Below are positions 50,916-61,962 of a stretch of 64,000 nucleotides of DNA, one piece after another. The translations under genes were made by a program, and so were the position numbers. This DNA comes from Microcoleus sp. (GTDB taxonomy: Bacteria > Cyanobacteriota > Cyanobacteriia > Cyanobacteriales > Microcoleaceae). The notes under the pieces are model-generated. The model had not been told where the DNA came from. It made no database searches and saw nothing but the letters and a program-made list of their open reading frames with translations. How positions within the stretch are numbered: position 1 is the stretch's first letter; each line of letters opens with the position of its first letter. The stretch lies in contig CP181291.1 of assembly GCA_052279835.1 (NCBI GenBank), positions 6,016,001-6,080,000 of the forward strand, read 5' to 3'.

Positions 50916-52307
50916 TTACGGACTCAGTGGCAGCCAAACCACGAAGGTAGTGCCGCGATCGCTGGGAGATAAATGTGACCCGACAGAGGGTAGCCATTCA
51001 GGATTGAGGGGAGAGTATACTTCTATTTCTCCTTGCATTTGGTGGACTAAATCGCGGGCGATCGCTAAACCTAATCCGGTTCCGGGAATTTCTGTCTGGG
51101 CTTTTTCTCCCCGGTAGTGTCGCTCAAATAAATGCTCTAAATCCTGGGGGGGAATTCCTGAACCTGTGTCGCTGACAGCAACTGCTAGGGCTGGCAATTG
51201 ATGTTGTTTGGTTCCATGAGCTTCTTGTGCTTTATTGTCTACTTTAATATAAATTTTGTTACCAGGATTGCTATATTTCAAGGCATTGTCAATGAGATTG
51301 CTCAAAACTTCCTGCAAAGCTCGATCGTTCGCTGAGACTGCGGGCAAATTTCCTGGAATCTCTGCTACTAATTTGAGGTTTCTTTCGGAGGCGATCGCCT
51401 CGGCTGAAATTAACAGCGGTTTTAACACTTCTGCAACTGAACAGGATTGATCTTGATTGCTTACAGGTGACAGAGACAGAGGAGACTGACGATTTAATTC
51501 AGCCTGGGACATCTCTATTTCTGAACTACCAGAGGGTAGTCTCAAATTGCTTTCGCCGATGTCAACCGTTCGATCGAACTGTAAGAGCAATTCTTGCAAG
51601 CGATCGCTCTCTCGGATAATACTCACAGCTACGTTGCGGTTTTTGTCTTCCGGGACGAGCCGCTTTACCAGCAGCTTACCAAAAGTGCGCAAGGCTGTCA
51701 GCGGACTTTTGAACTGGTGCAGTAAATTCTGCATCGTGTCATAAACCTGACTTTGGATTTGTCGCTGCTGGCGTAGTTCTTGCTGCATCCACTGCGATCG
51801 CTGGTCTAAAATGCAGGCGAGGGCCAGGGTACGAGCAATTTGTTGTATTTGAGCGTCCTCTCGATCGTTCCAGGGCCTGTCTTGTCTGCCGTTGACCAGA
51901 AGTCCCATTACTACTCCTTCGTGAATCAGAGGTGTCACAATTTGCCGCCGAGACAGCCAAATATTTTCTGGACCTTGGCACTGATGGGAATTGCTATTAA
52001 AACCTGGAATAGACTCTGGCTGGATCGTCCCCATTTCTGACTTTTCTCGACTCTGAGTTTGGTCTACCAGCAGTCGCGGGATCGCCTTTAATGCTGAGGT
52101 TGTGGGAGATTGCTGCCTCATGCTCTGATTTTGAACCCAGGACTCTGAGGTTTCCGGGTAAACGGCGATCGGTATCAATTTTGCTTGGCTACCTTCGATC
52201 AGTTCTTCAGTCAGGTATATGGCGCTGAATGTCGCTCCCAAACTGACGGCGATCGCCACCTGCGATCGACAAAGCTTGACAAATTCGGAACTGGCTGGCT
52301 TTAACAT
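50916..52307 (-). CDS. GAF-domain sensor histidine kinase, Hik2/CSK-like
   Basis: EFVKLCRSQ N-terminus, H-box LLHQFKSPLTALRTFGKLL, NLIDNALKYS, DTGSGI, GTGLGLAI. Confidence 0.9.
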   Translation of the reverse strand: MLKPASSEFVKLCRSQVAIAVSLGATFSAIYLTEELIEGSQAKLIPIAVYPETSESWVQNQSMRQQSPTTSALKAIPRLLVDQTQSREKSEMGTIQPESIPGFNSNSHQCQGPENIWLSRRQIVTPLIHEGVVMGLLVNGRQDRPWNDREDAQIQQIARTLALACILDQRSQWMQQELRQQRQIQSQVYDTMQNLLHQFKSPLTALRTFGKLLVKRLVPEDKNRNVAVSIIRESDRLQELLLQFDRTVDIGESNLRLPSGSSEIEMSQAELNRQSPLSLSPVSNQDQSCSVAEVLKPLLISAEAIASERNLKLVAEIPGNLPAVSANDRALQEVLSNLIDNALKYSNPGNKIYIKVDNKAQEAHGTKQHQLPALAVAVSDTGSGIPPQDLEHLFERHYRGEKAQTEIPGTGLGLAIARDLVHQMQGEIEVYSPLNPEWLPSVGSHLSPSDRGTTFVVWLPLSP

Positions 52308-52645
52308 GAGCGCCGCATTAAGATATTTAACGGAATTATTAAGTAAATTACAACTTCTAATTTATCGATTACAGACTGCTGTGTTCTCCCTGCCCTCAAT
52401 GTTTTTGGGGTAAATTTTCTTTAAATGACCAGTCTGTATAGCTTTCAGACTTCCTAATTTTTTTGAGCGAGGGATAGTTGGAGGGTTCACCTACCACGAT
52501 GGCAATACTGTGGTCAAGCCGTAGAAATGTTAAGATTATGTCGAATTATTAAATAAACTTGATATTTTGAGCTAGAACGGATATACTCGGCTCGGATTTG
52601 GTAGCTATAATTACAACCTGTCTGCTCACAGAGGAGGTAAAGAAA

Positions 52646-52972
52646 TTGGCCAGGAGACGCAAGCGCAAAAGTCGCCGCCGACAAGAAGGACGCAGGATTT
52701 TAGAGTGTGTGCCTCAATATAGCATCGAGAGCGGCGAAGATAAACCCGTAACAGCGGCTCGCAAGTTTATCCATGCTGAAGGCATTGCCCCCCCAGCTTT
52801 GCTGTTGGTCAAACGCAATGAGCATACCACCGATCGATACTTCTGGGCTGAAAAAGGTTTATTTGGAGCTCAATACGTAGAAGAGAACCATTTCTTGTTT
52901 CCCAGCTTAAAAGTGATGTTGGAGTCGTCTACCACAGAAAAAATTCCTGTGGTGTCAGCCAGTCGCGCATAG
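52646..52972 (+). CDS. DUF3155-like conserved cyanobacterial protein
   Basis: TTG start after a GGAGG Shine-Dalgarno; ARRRKRKSRRRQEGRRIL...YFWAEKGLFGAQYVEENHFLFPSL. Confidence 0.88.
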   Translation: MARRRKRKSRRRQEGRRILECVPQYSIESGEDKPVTAARKFIHAEGIAPPALLLVKRNEHTTDRYFWAEKGLFGAQYVEENHFLFPSLKVMLESSTTEKIPVVSASRA

Positions 52973-53184
52973 CTCAAAAGCCAGAAGCCAAAACCCAGAA
53001 CCCAAAAGCCAGAACCGAAAACCCCCAAACTCCCAACTAAAATGCTGAGTTTATAACGGTAAACTCAAAAAGTTTAGTTCAAAACATTGAGGGCAAAGTT
53101 AGTGCAACTTTTTAACAAAAGCTCAAAATAGATCATTGTCTAGAGGGTGTCAACTGCAAATTTAAGCGAAAATTCCTTAGAAAC

Positions 53185-53343
53185 TTAGGCCCAAGGAGCC
53201 ATCGCAATAGAAGCGATCGTCACAAGGGCGATCGCCACAGTCGGCACTCTCAAGATAATGGCTTTTGTGGGAGCTACTGTTTCGATAGTGTGTTTGAGCA
53301 TTAGTTGGATGGAACTAATCACGAACAAACTAAATTCAAGCAT
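53185..53343 (-). CDS. Putative 52-aa small membrane protein absent from the ORF track
   Basis: MLEFSLFVISSIQLMLKHTIETVAPTKAIILRVPTVAIALVTIASIAMAPWA; same strand as, and downstream of, ccb1. Confidence 0.45.
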   Translation of the reverse strand: MLEFSLFVISSIQLMLKHTIETVAPTKAIILRVPTVAIALVTIASIAMAPWA

Positions 53344-53454
53344 CCATAGTTTAGTCTGCTCGAAGTGTCAGCTATAGAGACATTCAAAATTGAGGTCTCT
53401 GACAATGCTAGACGGACAGCATCTAGATTATCAGAAAAGGTGACGTTTAAATTG

Positions 53455-53988
53455 TCAATCGATCGGTGTCAGAGCCAAAGCTTTTTGCATGACGGCGAGT
53501 TCGTCGCGGTGACCTCTGACAGTAATTAAGCTCTTGGTTTGGCTTCCCGACTCGGCGACGGATTCCAGTTTGAGGGAGACTTGTTCAGGGCGTCCAGCTT
53601 TTTTCCAGTAAAATATTCCTGCCAGTGGCGATAGTAACACCAAAGCGAGAAAAATTTGACCTTGCTGAGGAACTAGCATCGCCAAAACCAGTCCCAGGCA
53701 CAAAGCGCCCCCTGCACTCAGGAGGGTTAAAAAAATAGCTAAAAACCAACTAGGCCGGACAAACCCTTCAAAAGTGACTTGGTAGTTAGGGGCATCGACG
53801 GCTGCAACTCGGTAAGCTCTCTGGGCAAAATACTCTTGTAGCTGGGTTAACAGTGACTCTTGGTTACTCTCGGAAGCGAGTTTAAGTTGTTCGGTTCGGT
53901 CTTTGACAGAAGCCTTGATGAAAAAAAACAAGCCCACAGCTAACAGCAGCGTCAGCACAAAGGTGGATGGCAAAACAGGATTATTCAT
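53455..53988 (-). CDS. ccb1: Cofactor assembly of complex C subunit B (CCB1-like)
   Basis: STFVLTLLLAVGLFFFIKASVKDR, FYWKKAGRPE, GHRDEL. Confidence 0.85.
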   Translation of the reverse strand: MNNPVLPSTFVLTLLLAVGLFFFIKASVKDRTEQLKLASESNQESLLTQLQEYFAQRAYRVAAVDAPNYQVTFEGFVRPSWFLAIFLTLLSAGGALCLGLVLAMLVPQQGQIFLALVLLSPLAGIFYWKKAGRPEQVSLKLESVAESGSQTKSLITVRGHRDELAVMQKALALTPID

Positions 53989-54149
53989 CAGCTAAAAGTT
54001 TGTGTAAGGGGAATTAAGTAGGAAGAAGCAAAAATGCCCTTCGATAGGTTCTTCGGTGATGCGATTGAGCAAAGCGAAGGCCCACGGGGCAAATCGCTTT
54101 GCAAGTAGTGCCGACATCTGAAGAGTTGAGGCATCGGATTAAAATTGCA

Positions 54150-54542
54150 CTAACCGCTGTGGCCGGTTTCTAAGTCTTGGTGCTGATGTCTAGACACCCC
54201 TTTTCCCTGAGCAATGTATCCATGCCAAAGATGAGCGAGGTCTTGAGCTTGATGTCGCCACTCTGGGAGAATTTGATACATCCGGCGAGGGCGGCCGCGT
54301 CCTTCTACTTTTTTCCAGTAACCGGTGATGACGGCTTCATCTTCCAGGAATTTAAGTGCGCTGTAGAGTACGGTGTCAGAAAGTCGGTAGATGGGGAATT
54401 CCCTCTCTAGTTGTCCGATTAGTTCGGTTCCGTAGGAATCTCCGCGTAATAAGACGGAGAGAATGTAGCACACTGCTAGTTCCTTGTTTAGATAAACAGG
54501 AGGGGGGTCTTGAAAAAATTGATAGATATGTTCAAACTTCAT
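54150..54542 (-). CDS. pex: PadR-family regulator, Pex (period extender)-like
   Basis: LNKELAVCYIL, SYGTELI, LSDTVLYSAL, GRGRPRRMY. Confidence 0.85.
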   Translation of the reverse strand: MKFEHIYQFFQDPPPVYLNKELAVCYILSVLLRGDSYGTELIGQLEREFPIYRLSDTVLYSALKFLEDEAVITGYWKKVEGRGRPRRMYQILPEWRHQAQDLAHLWHGYIAQGKGVSRHQHQDLETGHSG

Positions 54543-54855
54543 CTGTCTTTACCGCTGGAGACTCTCTTGATACCGTCTGGTTAACGTGAGAGGAAAGCGG
54601 GGCGGGTTGTGCCGCTTCCTATGAACTGAGCAAGGGGGATAATCGTTACTGAATCTAGATGTCCTCTTCCAATCTATCGCAGTGACTCTTGGCAAGTGTG
54701 CGATCGACAACGAATTGGGAGTTAGTTCGAGAGTTAGTGTTTTAACTCAAAACTCGAAATTCCTAATTTCCCTTTCTAATTTGTAGAGTTTGCATGACTG
54801 GTTGGGTTTCTATGGTTTCTATGGTTTCTATGGCTATTCACTCTTGAGCTTGCCT

Positions 54856-55059
54856 TTAAACCGGACTCAAACCTAACATAGCGCGCAGTGTAAAAGTTAA
54901 AAAGACGAAAGTTGCGACGATCAAACTAACTAGGGCGATGGCCGTAGCTGGTCGATCGAGTAGAGGTTTGAGTCGGTCGAACAGGAAAAAAAAGATTCCC
55001 AGACAGACAGTAATCAAAAAACGGGGATAACGGGAGACGTTATTAATGAAATCTTGCAT
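54856..55059 (-). CDS. DUF751-like small membrane protein
   Basis: MQDFINNVSRYPRFLIT...FTLRAMLGL. Confidence 0.85.
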   Translation of the reverse strand: MQDFINNVSRYPRFLITVCLGIFFFLFDRLKPLLDRPATAIALVSLIVATFVFLTFTLRAMLGLSPV

Positions 55060-55315
55060 GAGCTTGGTGGGGTAAAGTGTGCCAGTGTCATTTTTCACTG
55101 GTAACACTTGTGAACGAGTGAGACAATTTTGGCACAGCCGGAGCTAAATTGCTCGATCGGGCGATCGGGACTGCATTGGGCTCGATCGGGCATTTGGGCG
55201 ATCGTCCTAACAAATATAATTCTAGCGACAAATTTTCAATTGTCGCCACTGGATTGTCCAGTGAGTGCGGGCACATCAACTGCGATCGCAAATTCAGATT
55301 GCATCTGTGGGAATT

Positions 55316-56608
55316 TTAGTCTTTGATTTGCGACCAAATCCAACGTATCCACGCTTGGACAGTGGAGTAACGCCTTTTTATAGTTGTAGAATTAAGATCG
55401 GTACAGATCTCTGATATTATTTTACAGATGGTATCTTCTGGCGGAATTTCTCCCTGTTTAAGGGTTAATTCAAATACTAAATAAAAAACTTTTTTTTCTA
55501 AAATTTTATTAATCAAATCTATATATTTTAGCTTAGGTCTTTTATGTAAAATTGACCTTCCTTCACTTGTCAAGCGAAAAAAAGTTTGTTTTCTCAGGGA
55601 ATCTTTGTGTTTTTCTATCAGTCCAATATATACACCAGCATTAGTATAATAGTCTGTTTGCCTACGATTAAATTCATAATTTTCTGTAATATCATCTTTG
55701 GTTAAATCTTTCTCCAATAATAATGATAATAAATCTACTACTCTCTCGAATTTATCAGCTTGTGGAAATGGAACATCGGGTTCTGGAATTACTTTAATAT
55801 TATTGAATATCCGATCGACATCACTCCTTTGTATTTCTTCGGGAGCGATCGTATAATTCTTTTGTTCTCTCAGTTTGAGAGAGTTATAATCTTGATAGTT
55901 GCTAAAATTATAAATAAAAAAGCTAAAAACGTCGTTAGAGTATGTCATCAATACCGGAATAACTTTCTTATTCATTTTTTTTGACCACAACCTATAAGGA
56001 TAGTAAAGTTGTCTAATCAAAAAATCGTCTATGGCATAGTTCTTAGCTTCTATCAAGACAAAATAGTTTTCACTTTCAAATCCTGCATCTATCTCACACT
56101 GAGAATTTTCAACTTTAATTGAATAGGGTTTATTTGTGAGGGGATTTGTAATATTAAAATTAAAAGACTCTGTAGACATTCTACCAGAAACAGTATAAGC
56201 TGTTTTTTCACCGACTAAATCATCTATAATACCGATATTAAATGCACAGTGTAATGCGGAACTTTCAGAATATAAGTTTGTGTAATCTATACTCTCTATC
56301 TCTGCTGGAAATTCTACAGGCATTACTTCTATTTGACTATCATATCCAACTTTACAATGTATATCAAACTCCCCAATAACATATTTAGAGCGAGAAATTG
56401 GTAAGATTGACAAGTGATTATGTTGAAATATTTCTGGCAAATTGACAGAGTGATCGAACTTTGCCATAAGCCTGCTTTCTCTTTCCTTATTGATGTCCTC
56501 CGATGCTATTTCAAAACAACCATTTTTAGATACCTGTTCTAATATCTTATGCCTTTCAAATAATGTTTCCCAAGCTTTATCGTTTGCTGTTTTCTTGCTT
56601 TTACTCAT
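55316..56608 (-). CDS. Putative type II restriction endonuclease (PD-(D/E)xK)
   Basis: EIDAGFESENYFVLIEAKN catalytic-type motif, AT-rich DNA, 11 bp downstream of a Dam-like methylase. Confidence 0.75.
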   Translation of the reverse strand: MSKSKKTANDKAWETLFERHKILEQVSKNGCFEIASEDINKERESRLMAKFDHSVNLPEIFQHNHLSILPISRSKYVIGEFDIHCKVGYDSQIEVMPVEFPAEIESIDYTNLYSESSALHCAFNIGIIDDLVGEKTAYTVSGRMSTESFNFNITNPLTNKPYSIKVENSQCEIDAGFESENYFVLIEAKNYAIDDFLIRQLYYPYRLWSKKMNKKVIPVLMTYSNDVFSFFIYNFSNYQDYNSLKLREQKNYTIAPEEIQRSDVDRIFNNIKVIPEPDVPFPQADKFERVVDLLSLLLEKDLTKDDITENYEFNRRQTDYYTNAGVYIGLIEKHKDSLRKQTFFRLTSEGRSILHKRPKLKYIDLINKILEKKVFYLVFELTLKQGEIPPEDTICKIISEICTDLNSTTIKRRYSTVQAWIRWIWSQIKD

Positions 56609-56619
56609 ATTTATTTATC

Positions 56620-57504
56620 CTAAATTTCATAATTTAAAACTAATACTTCATCAACCATACCTCTTTTCAAGGCATTTGAGTTGATACTTCTCGTTGCTCT
56701 AACTTTTTTGACTGTATTCTGATAATTCTTATACAAATCAAGAATAAAATCTGTACAAGAATTACTCATCATCACCTTGCAACCTCTTTGAGTTAAATCA
56801 TCAAAAACTTTTTTGAGTCGTTCTTGTTCATCTCTATTAAAGCCATTCACATCATACCCAGTAAAAGAAGCTGTTTCGGAAACAGGATCATAAGGAGGAT
56901 CTAAATAAACAAAATCTCCTTTTTTTGCACCTTCAATAGCTTTGGCAAAATCCAGATTTGACATTGTAATTTCGGTACTAATTAAGTATTTATTCACGGC
57001 TCTTAAAACAGCGTCATCTAAAAAATTAGGATTTTTGTACCTACCAAACGGAACATTGAATTGACCTTGTGAATTCACCCTAAATAAACCATTATAGCAG
57101 GTTTTATTTAGGTAAATGATTCGTGCTGCTTTTTCAACGGTAGACAATTTTGCATATTTTTTATTTGAACGATCTAAGTCTCTCATATCATAATAAGACT
57201 TTTCGCTATTGCTATATTTACGATCGTTGCTTAATTCCTCCATCAGTTCATTTAATGAATCTCTGATCACTTCATAGCAATTAATTAGTTCTCCGTTACG
57301 ATCGTTGATAACAGCTTTTGGGGGTTGTAGCTCAAATAAGAGTGCGCCTCCACCTATAAAAGGCTCATAGTATGTATGTTTACTTGTCTGCTTAGGAACA
57401 TACTTAAGAATTTCTGGTAATAATTGCCTTTTACCTCCTGCCCACTTTAAAAAAGGTCTTACTAACGGATTAGTTTTTACTCTTGCTAATGTACTGTTTT
57501 TCAC
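56620..57504 (-). CDS. dam: DNA adenine methylase (Dam/DpnM, D12 class)
   Basis: LKWAGGKRQL, EPFIGGGA, YNGLFRVN, DPPY. Confidence 0.95.
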   Translation of the reverse strand: MKNSTLARVKTNPLVRPFLKWAGGKRQLLPEILKYVPKQTSKHTYYEPFIGGGALLFELQPPKAVINDRNGELINCYEVIRDSLNELMEELSNDRKYSNSEKSYYDMRDLDRSNKKYAKLSTVEKAARIIYLNKTCYNGLFRVNSQGQFNVPFGRYKNPNFLDDAVLRAVNKYLISTEITMSNLDFAKAIEGAKKGDFVYLDPPYDPVSETASFTGYDVNGFNRDEQERLKKVFDDLTQRGCKVMMSNSCTDFILDLYKNYQNTVKKVRATRSINSNALKRGMVDEVLVLNYEI

Positions 57505-57676
57505 TTATATACCTCTCAAGCTACTTATCAAAGAACAATACATTCTACGTTGAATTTTAGTTCAAGTCAAGAGGTAATGCTGATATTTATTTAAAATGAA
57601 GTTGCACTTAAATATATCAACCAAAAAACCTTGACATATTTTTATTCATCTGATATCTCTAAAAAAACAATGTGAA

Positions 57677-58612
57677 TTAAGCCGATCGCACTTCAATCAC
57701 TCCCCGATCGAAAACCCGCTTATCAGTACCGATCGCGCTCACAAACATTCGGTCTTCATAAACATCAAACGTAGCAAAACTCAACCGACTAGCAGCATAC
57801 TCCGTCCATTCAGAACGCCCCACCGGACGAGTACCAGCACCAGCACCACAAATTAAATAAGTCGTACCATTAATCGAGCGAGTCCGTTCATAACTATGCT
57901 CATGTCCGTTAATATAAAGCTGCACGCCGTACTTTTGAAACATCGGTGTCAAAGTCTGAATAAAAGGTTGATTCAATCCGTACACGCCAGAAGAATAAAC
58001 CTGGTGGTGCCCGAAAACAACTTTCCAAGGTGCAGTGCTCTGGCTCAACTCTTTTTCCAGCCAAACTAACTGATTTTTCCAGTCCGCATTATGATTAGTA
58101 TCTAGGGCAAAAAACTGGACTGATTCGCGCCGAAAAGTGTAGTAGCGACCAGCCATATTAAAGCCGGGATATTTAACTTGCAAGTCGCCGTTATCAGTAC
58201 GGATATCGTGATTTCCCAGACAAGCATAAAACTTGACACCCTGCTGTAATAAGGGCTGATAGGGTCGTTCAAAAACAGCATTGATTTTTTCAAATTCGCC
58301 GTTATTATAGATATTGTCACCGGCGAGAATAGCCAAATTAAAAGAGTTTTGCCCGTGATATTGCGCCATCGCCTCAGCCACAGCATATTGTCCCTGGGCA
58401 CCAGTACCCGTGTCTGCGATCGAAATAAAGCGTAAAATAGGTGATGTGGTGGGTAAAGGAGCGATCGCCCTTTCTCCCTCAACAGCAGAAAGTACAGCCG
58501 CATTGGCATCTGTGCCCCAAGAAGTCTGAAGCTGAAACATTTTCCAGATTCCAGCCAAACCTAAGCTGCTGAGACTGCCTAAAATCAGAAAGTAACGACG
58601 TTTGATGCTCAT
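57677..58612 (-). CDS. Calcineurin-like metallophosphoesterase with a Tat-like signal
   Basis: KRRYFL leader; ADTG, GDNIY, LGNHD, GHH, GHEH motifs. Confidence 0.92.
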   Translation of the reverse strand: MSIKRRYFLILGSLSSLGLAGIWKMFQLQTSWGTDANAAVLSAVEGERAIAPLPTTSPILRFISIADTGTGAQGQYAVAEAMAQYHGQNSFNLAILAGDNIYNNGEFEKINAVFERPYQPLLQQGVKFYACLGNHDIRTDNGDLQVKYPGFNMAGRYYTFRRESVQFFALDTNHNADWKNQLVWLEKELSQSTAPWKVVFGHHQVYSSGVYGLNQPFIQTLTPMFQKYGVQLYINGHEHSYERTRSINGTTYLICGAGAGTRPVGRSEWTEYAASRLSFATFDVYEDRMFVSAIGTDKRVFDRGVIEVRSA

Positions 58613-58717
58613 ATTGATTCAGTGACAACTAATAAAATGATAAATTAAGATTGAGATCTAGCAACAACCAAGACAGTTAGGACGTTCTTAGTCGCTGCAA
58701 CTCTTGCTGTGATTGCA

Positions 58718-58830
58718 TCTTCCTTCTTCCTTCCCCCAAGGGCGGTAGGGGGGTGAATTATTCCTTCTTCCTTCTTTCTGAATTTCCCGCCTTGGGGGGG
58801 GCTGGCGGGGGTGAATTATTCCTTCTTCCT
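58718..58830. repeat. Pyrimidine heptamer array with G/C hairpins (reverse relative of 20488-20850)
   Basis: CTTCCTT units and two GGGGGTGAATTATTCCTTCTTCCTT copies. Confidence 0.75.
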
Positions 58831-58895
58831 TGTGCTATAACTCAACTAAAATTAATCCGATTTAAGTATATTTGCAAGGCCCAAAGGCAGAAAAA

Positions 58896-59774
58896 ATGTC
58901 AGAAGAACAACCAAACCAGCCAACTCCAGAATCCTTTGAACCTCCAAAAACGGAGATTGACGCAGCCCCAAACTCTGCAACTCCTGAAAGTGTGGCAGCA
59001 GAAATTAACACGATTCCCACACCAAAAGTTGCTGTAAAATCTGATAGTAAGTCTGTAGCAACCAGCACTCAAGGTGGTTTTTTAGAGAAAGTCGGTTTAC
59101 TTTGGCAAAGTATTGTGAAGCTAGTGCGATCGCTATTACCCGCATCCCTCAGCCAGAAGTTATCCGATCCAATTTTGAATGCAGCAATAGCAGCAATTCT
59201 GATCGTCACAGTCGGTTTAAGTCTGAATATTTTTTCGGCAAAACCAGCGGAGAAAATAGCCAAGGCTCCTGTCCCGAAAGTGATAGAATCGCCTGCAAAT
59301 TTTTCCGATTTTGTCGGCTCGGAAACGCCACAGCAGCCACAACCTATCGCCAAATTGCCAGAAGCGATGGCATCAGAAAAAGCCAAATCTGAATTCAAAA
59401 GCAACTTACCGGATTTAGTGGCACCGACAGCACCGAAAGCGGTAGAAATTGTCCCGCCACCACCACTGACACCGGAACAGTCTCTGATTGCTGGGATTCA
59501 AAATAAAGTTGATGAAATTACCGCTCGACTTGGTGGCGGTTTAGTTAAGTCCTTTGAAGCTAATTTTTCCAGCAGTCGGTTGACAGTAAAAGTAGCTGAA
59601 GATTGGTATGGGCTGAGCGAAGCGGAACAAAATCAGATAGTAAATCAAATGTTTAAAGAAGCTAATTTACTAGATTTTAGTAATTTAGAAGTTCTGAATA
59701 AGGAAGGAAAACTAATAGCTAGAAGTCCTGTTGTTGGTTCAGAAATGATTATTCTGGATAGAATTGGAAGTTAG
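58896..59774 (+). CDS. Conserved cyanobacterial membrane-anchored hypothetical protein
   Basis: One TM segment, Pro-rich linker, C-terminal LTPEQSLIA...WY.L...LIARSPVVG. Confidence 0.8.
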   Translation: MSEEQPNQPTPESFEPPKTEIDAAPNSATPESVAAEINTIPTPKVAVKSDSKSVATSTQGGFLEKVGLLWQSIVKLVRSLLPASLSQKLSDPILNAAIAAILIVTVGLSLNIFSAKPAEKIAKAPVPKVIESPANFSDFVGSETPQQPQPIAKLPEAMASEKAKSEFKSNLPDLVAPTAPKAVEIVPPPPLTPEQSLIAGIQNKVDEITARLGGGLVKSFEANFSSSRLTVKVAEDWYGLSEAEQNQIVNQMFKEANLLDFSNLEVLNKEGKLIARSPVVGSEMIILDRIGS

Positions 59775-59923
59775 TTGTTGGTTATTTGTTGTTGGTTATT
59801 GGCGGTTCCCTGCCCTTCGACGCTTCGCTCAGGAACCGCAAAATCGAAGGCTTGTTGGTTCTTAGTTGTTGGTTATTGGAACTAACAAATAACCAATAAC
59901 CAATAATAACTTATTCATGACTA

Positions 59924-61739
59924 TTAAGGCTTCTTAATACTCGGTTTAAAACCTTGCTTTTGGAAATAAGTTCGGAATACCTCGTGAGCGACTGGTGCCG
60001 CTGATACAGCACCAAATCCACCGCCTTCAACTATAACTGCGATCGCAATTTCCGGTTTGTCAGCAGGAGCATAACCCACATACATAGAATTGTCAGGATG
60101 ACCGGGCATTTCCACCGTCCCTGTTTTGCCAGCACTCAAAGGAATAGTACCATCATTCATGGCTTTACCAGTACCTTTTAACACCACATCAGTCAATCCC
60201 TGGCGAATTACATTCAAAGTAGCCGGCTTAATACCTGTTTGAACTTTTTTAGTAATTGGAGTATTAGTTTGAGAAGCCAACAAATGCGGCTGCACTCGCC
60301 AACCACCATTGGCAATAGTTGATACCATCACAGCCAATTCTAAGGGAGTGCAAAGTACCAAACCTTGACCGATCGCCATTGTTACCGTATCGCCCACATA
60401 CCAGTCTTCTCCATACATTTTCCGTTTCTCAGATGGGATCGGAACTTGACCGTGATTGGCGGCATCTAACCCTAAAAGTTCTAAGTTAATAGTACCGCCA
60501 ATTCCCATTCTCTTAGCCCATTTAGACATTTCTTCCGGCCCTGCGGCCATTCCTACTTGATAGAAAAATGTATTGCTGCTGTAGGCTAAAGCATCGCGGA
60601 AACCGATCGCACCGTAACCAGCACCGTGTTCGTTAAACGAAATTCCGCCGATGGTAATTGAAGAAGAACTAACCAAAGTCGAGTCAGGAGAAAATTTGCC
60701 CGACTCCATCCCGGCTACAGAAGTGACAATTTTAAAAGTGCTACCGACTGGATAACCTTGAACTGCTCGATTTAAAAATGGTTTGTCAGGTCCTTGCAGT
60801 CGGTCCCATTCTTTTTGACTTACCTTACGGGTAAAAATATTGGGGTCAAATGTCGGCCAACTACCCATGGTTAACAAAGCTCCAGTTTTAACATCGATCG
60901 CCACCACAGCACCAAGGCGATTTCCCAAAGCTTTTTCGGCAGTTTTCTGCATATCTAAATCTAAAGTTAGCTGTACAGGCTTGCCGGGAATCGGAGATTT
61001 TACACCTAAATCTTGGATTTCTTCACCCTTAGCATTGACCCTCAATCAAACGGCTTCCCCACACACCCTCTAAAGTGGGATTAACTAATTTTTCCACTCC
61101 CATTTTACCGACGATCATGCCCATCGGATATCCAGGATTAGCTTTTAATTCATCTAAAGTAGCTTCGCCGACGTATCCCAAAAGATGCGATGCTAATTCC
61201 TTATTGGGATAGTCGCGGCTGGATTCTGTACGAATCTCTACCCCTCGTAAAGTATTGGCTTGTTCTCCCAAAGCGACGAAGGTTGCAACATCGATATTCT
61301 TACTAATTGGGACTGGTAGGGCAGATTTATAGCCTGCTTTTTCGATTTTTTTGAGGATTTCATCCACAGGGATGTTGACTATGGGGCTGAGTGTAGTGGC
61401 TGCTTCTTGCCACTGCTGGGGCGATCGCTCTTTTGGCCACAAATATACCGATCGAGATACGCGATTGGCCGAAAAAATTTGCCCGCTACGATCTAAAATC
61501 TGACCGCGCACTGCCGCTACAGAAACTGGCCTAATCCGGTTGTTTTCGGCCCGTTGTCGGTTATATGCTCCCTGAACCAGTTGCAGTTCAGCTAGCCGAA
61601 ACAGGGGCAATGTGACTAAGGTAGTGACCAAGAGCATAAAAACCATGACTTGGAGCGATCGACTGCGACGCTGTGCAGGATGATCCAAGGCATTTTTGTC
61701 TAATTTGACTTGAGATTTAAAAGAAAAGTCACTAGCCAT
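59924..61739 (-). pseudogene. mrdA: Penicillin-binding protein 2 with a +1 frameshift at about 61039-61041 (pseudogene or sequencing error)
   Basis: The dimerisation-domain ORF ends GSRLIE-GQC*. Removing one G gives GSRLIEVNAKG, which joins the transpeptidase ORF carrying STFK, SSN and KTG. Confidence 0.88.
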
Positions 61740-61962
61740 ATAACTGAATCTACTCTTTTTTTTCAACTAACAGGTTGCAGCGGTTCCCATCCGGGAAAAT
61801 TTGCCGATCGCCTAGTAGTTTTTTTTCTCAGAGTAAATCAAACCCAGATTCTGCCGATGGGTAGAGGAATTAGGGGGATTGTTTGATTAAGCTAAGTTTA
61901 AAGCTCTTGAATATTCAAATATCAAATTTTTTGACAATACAACTGTGAAGGAGGTATGGGCT

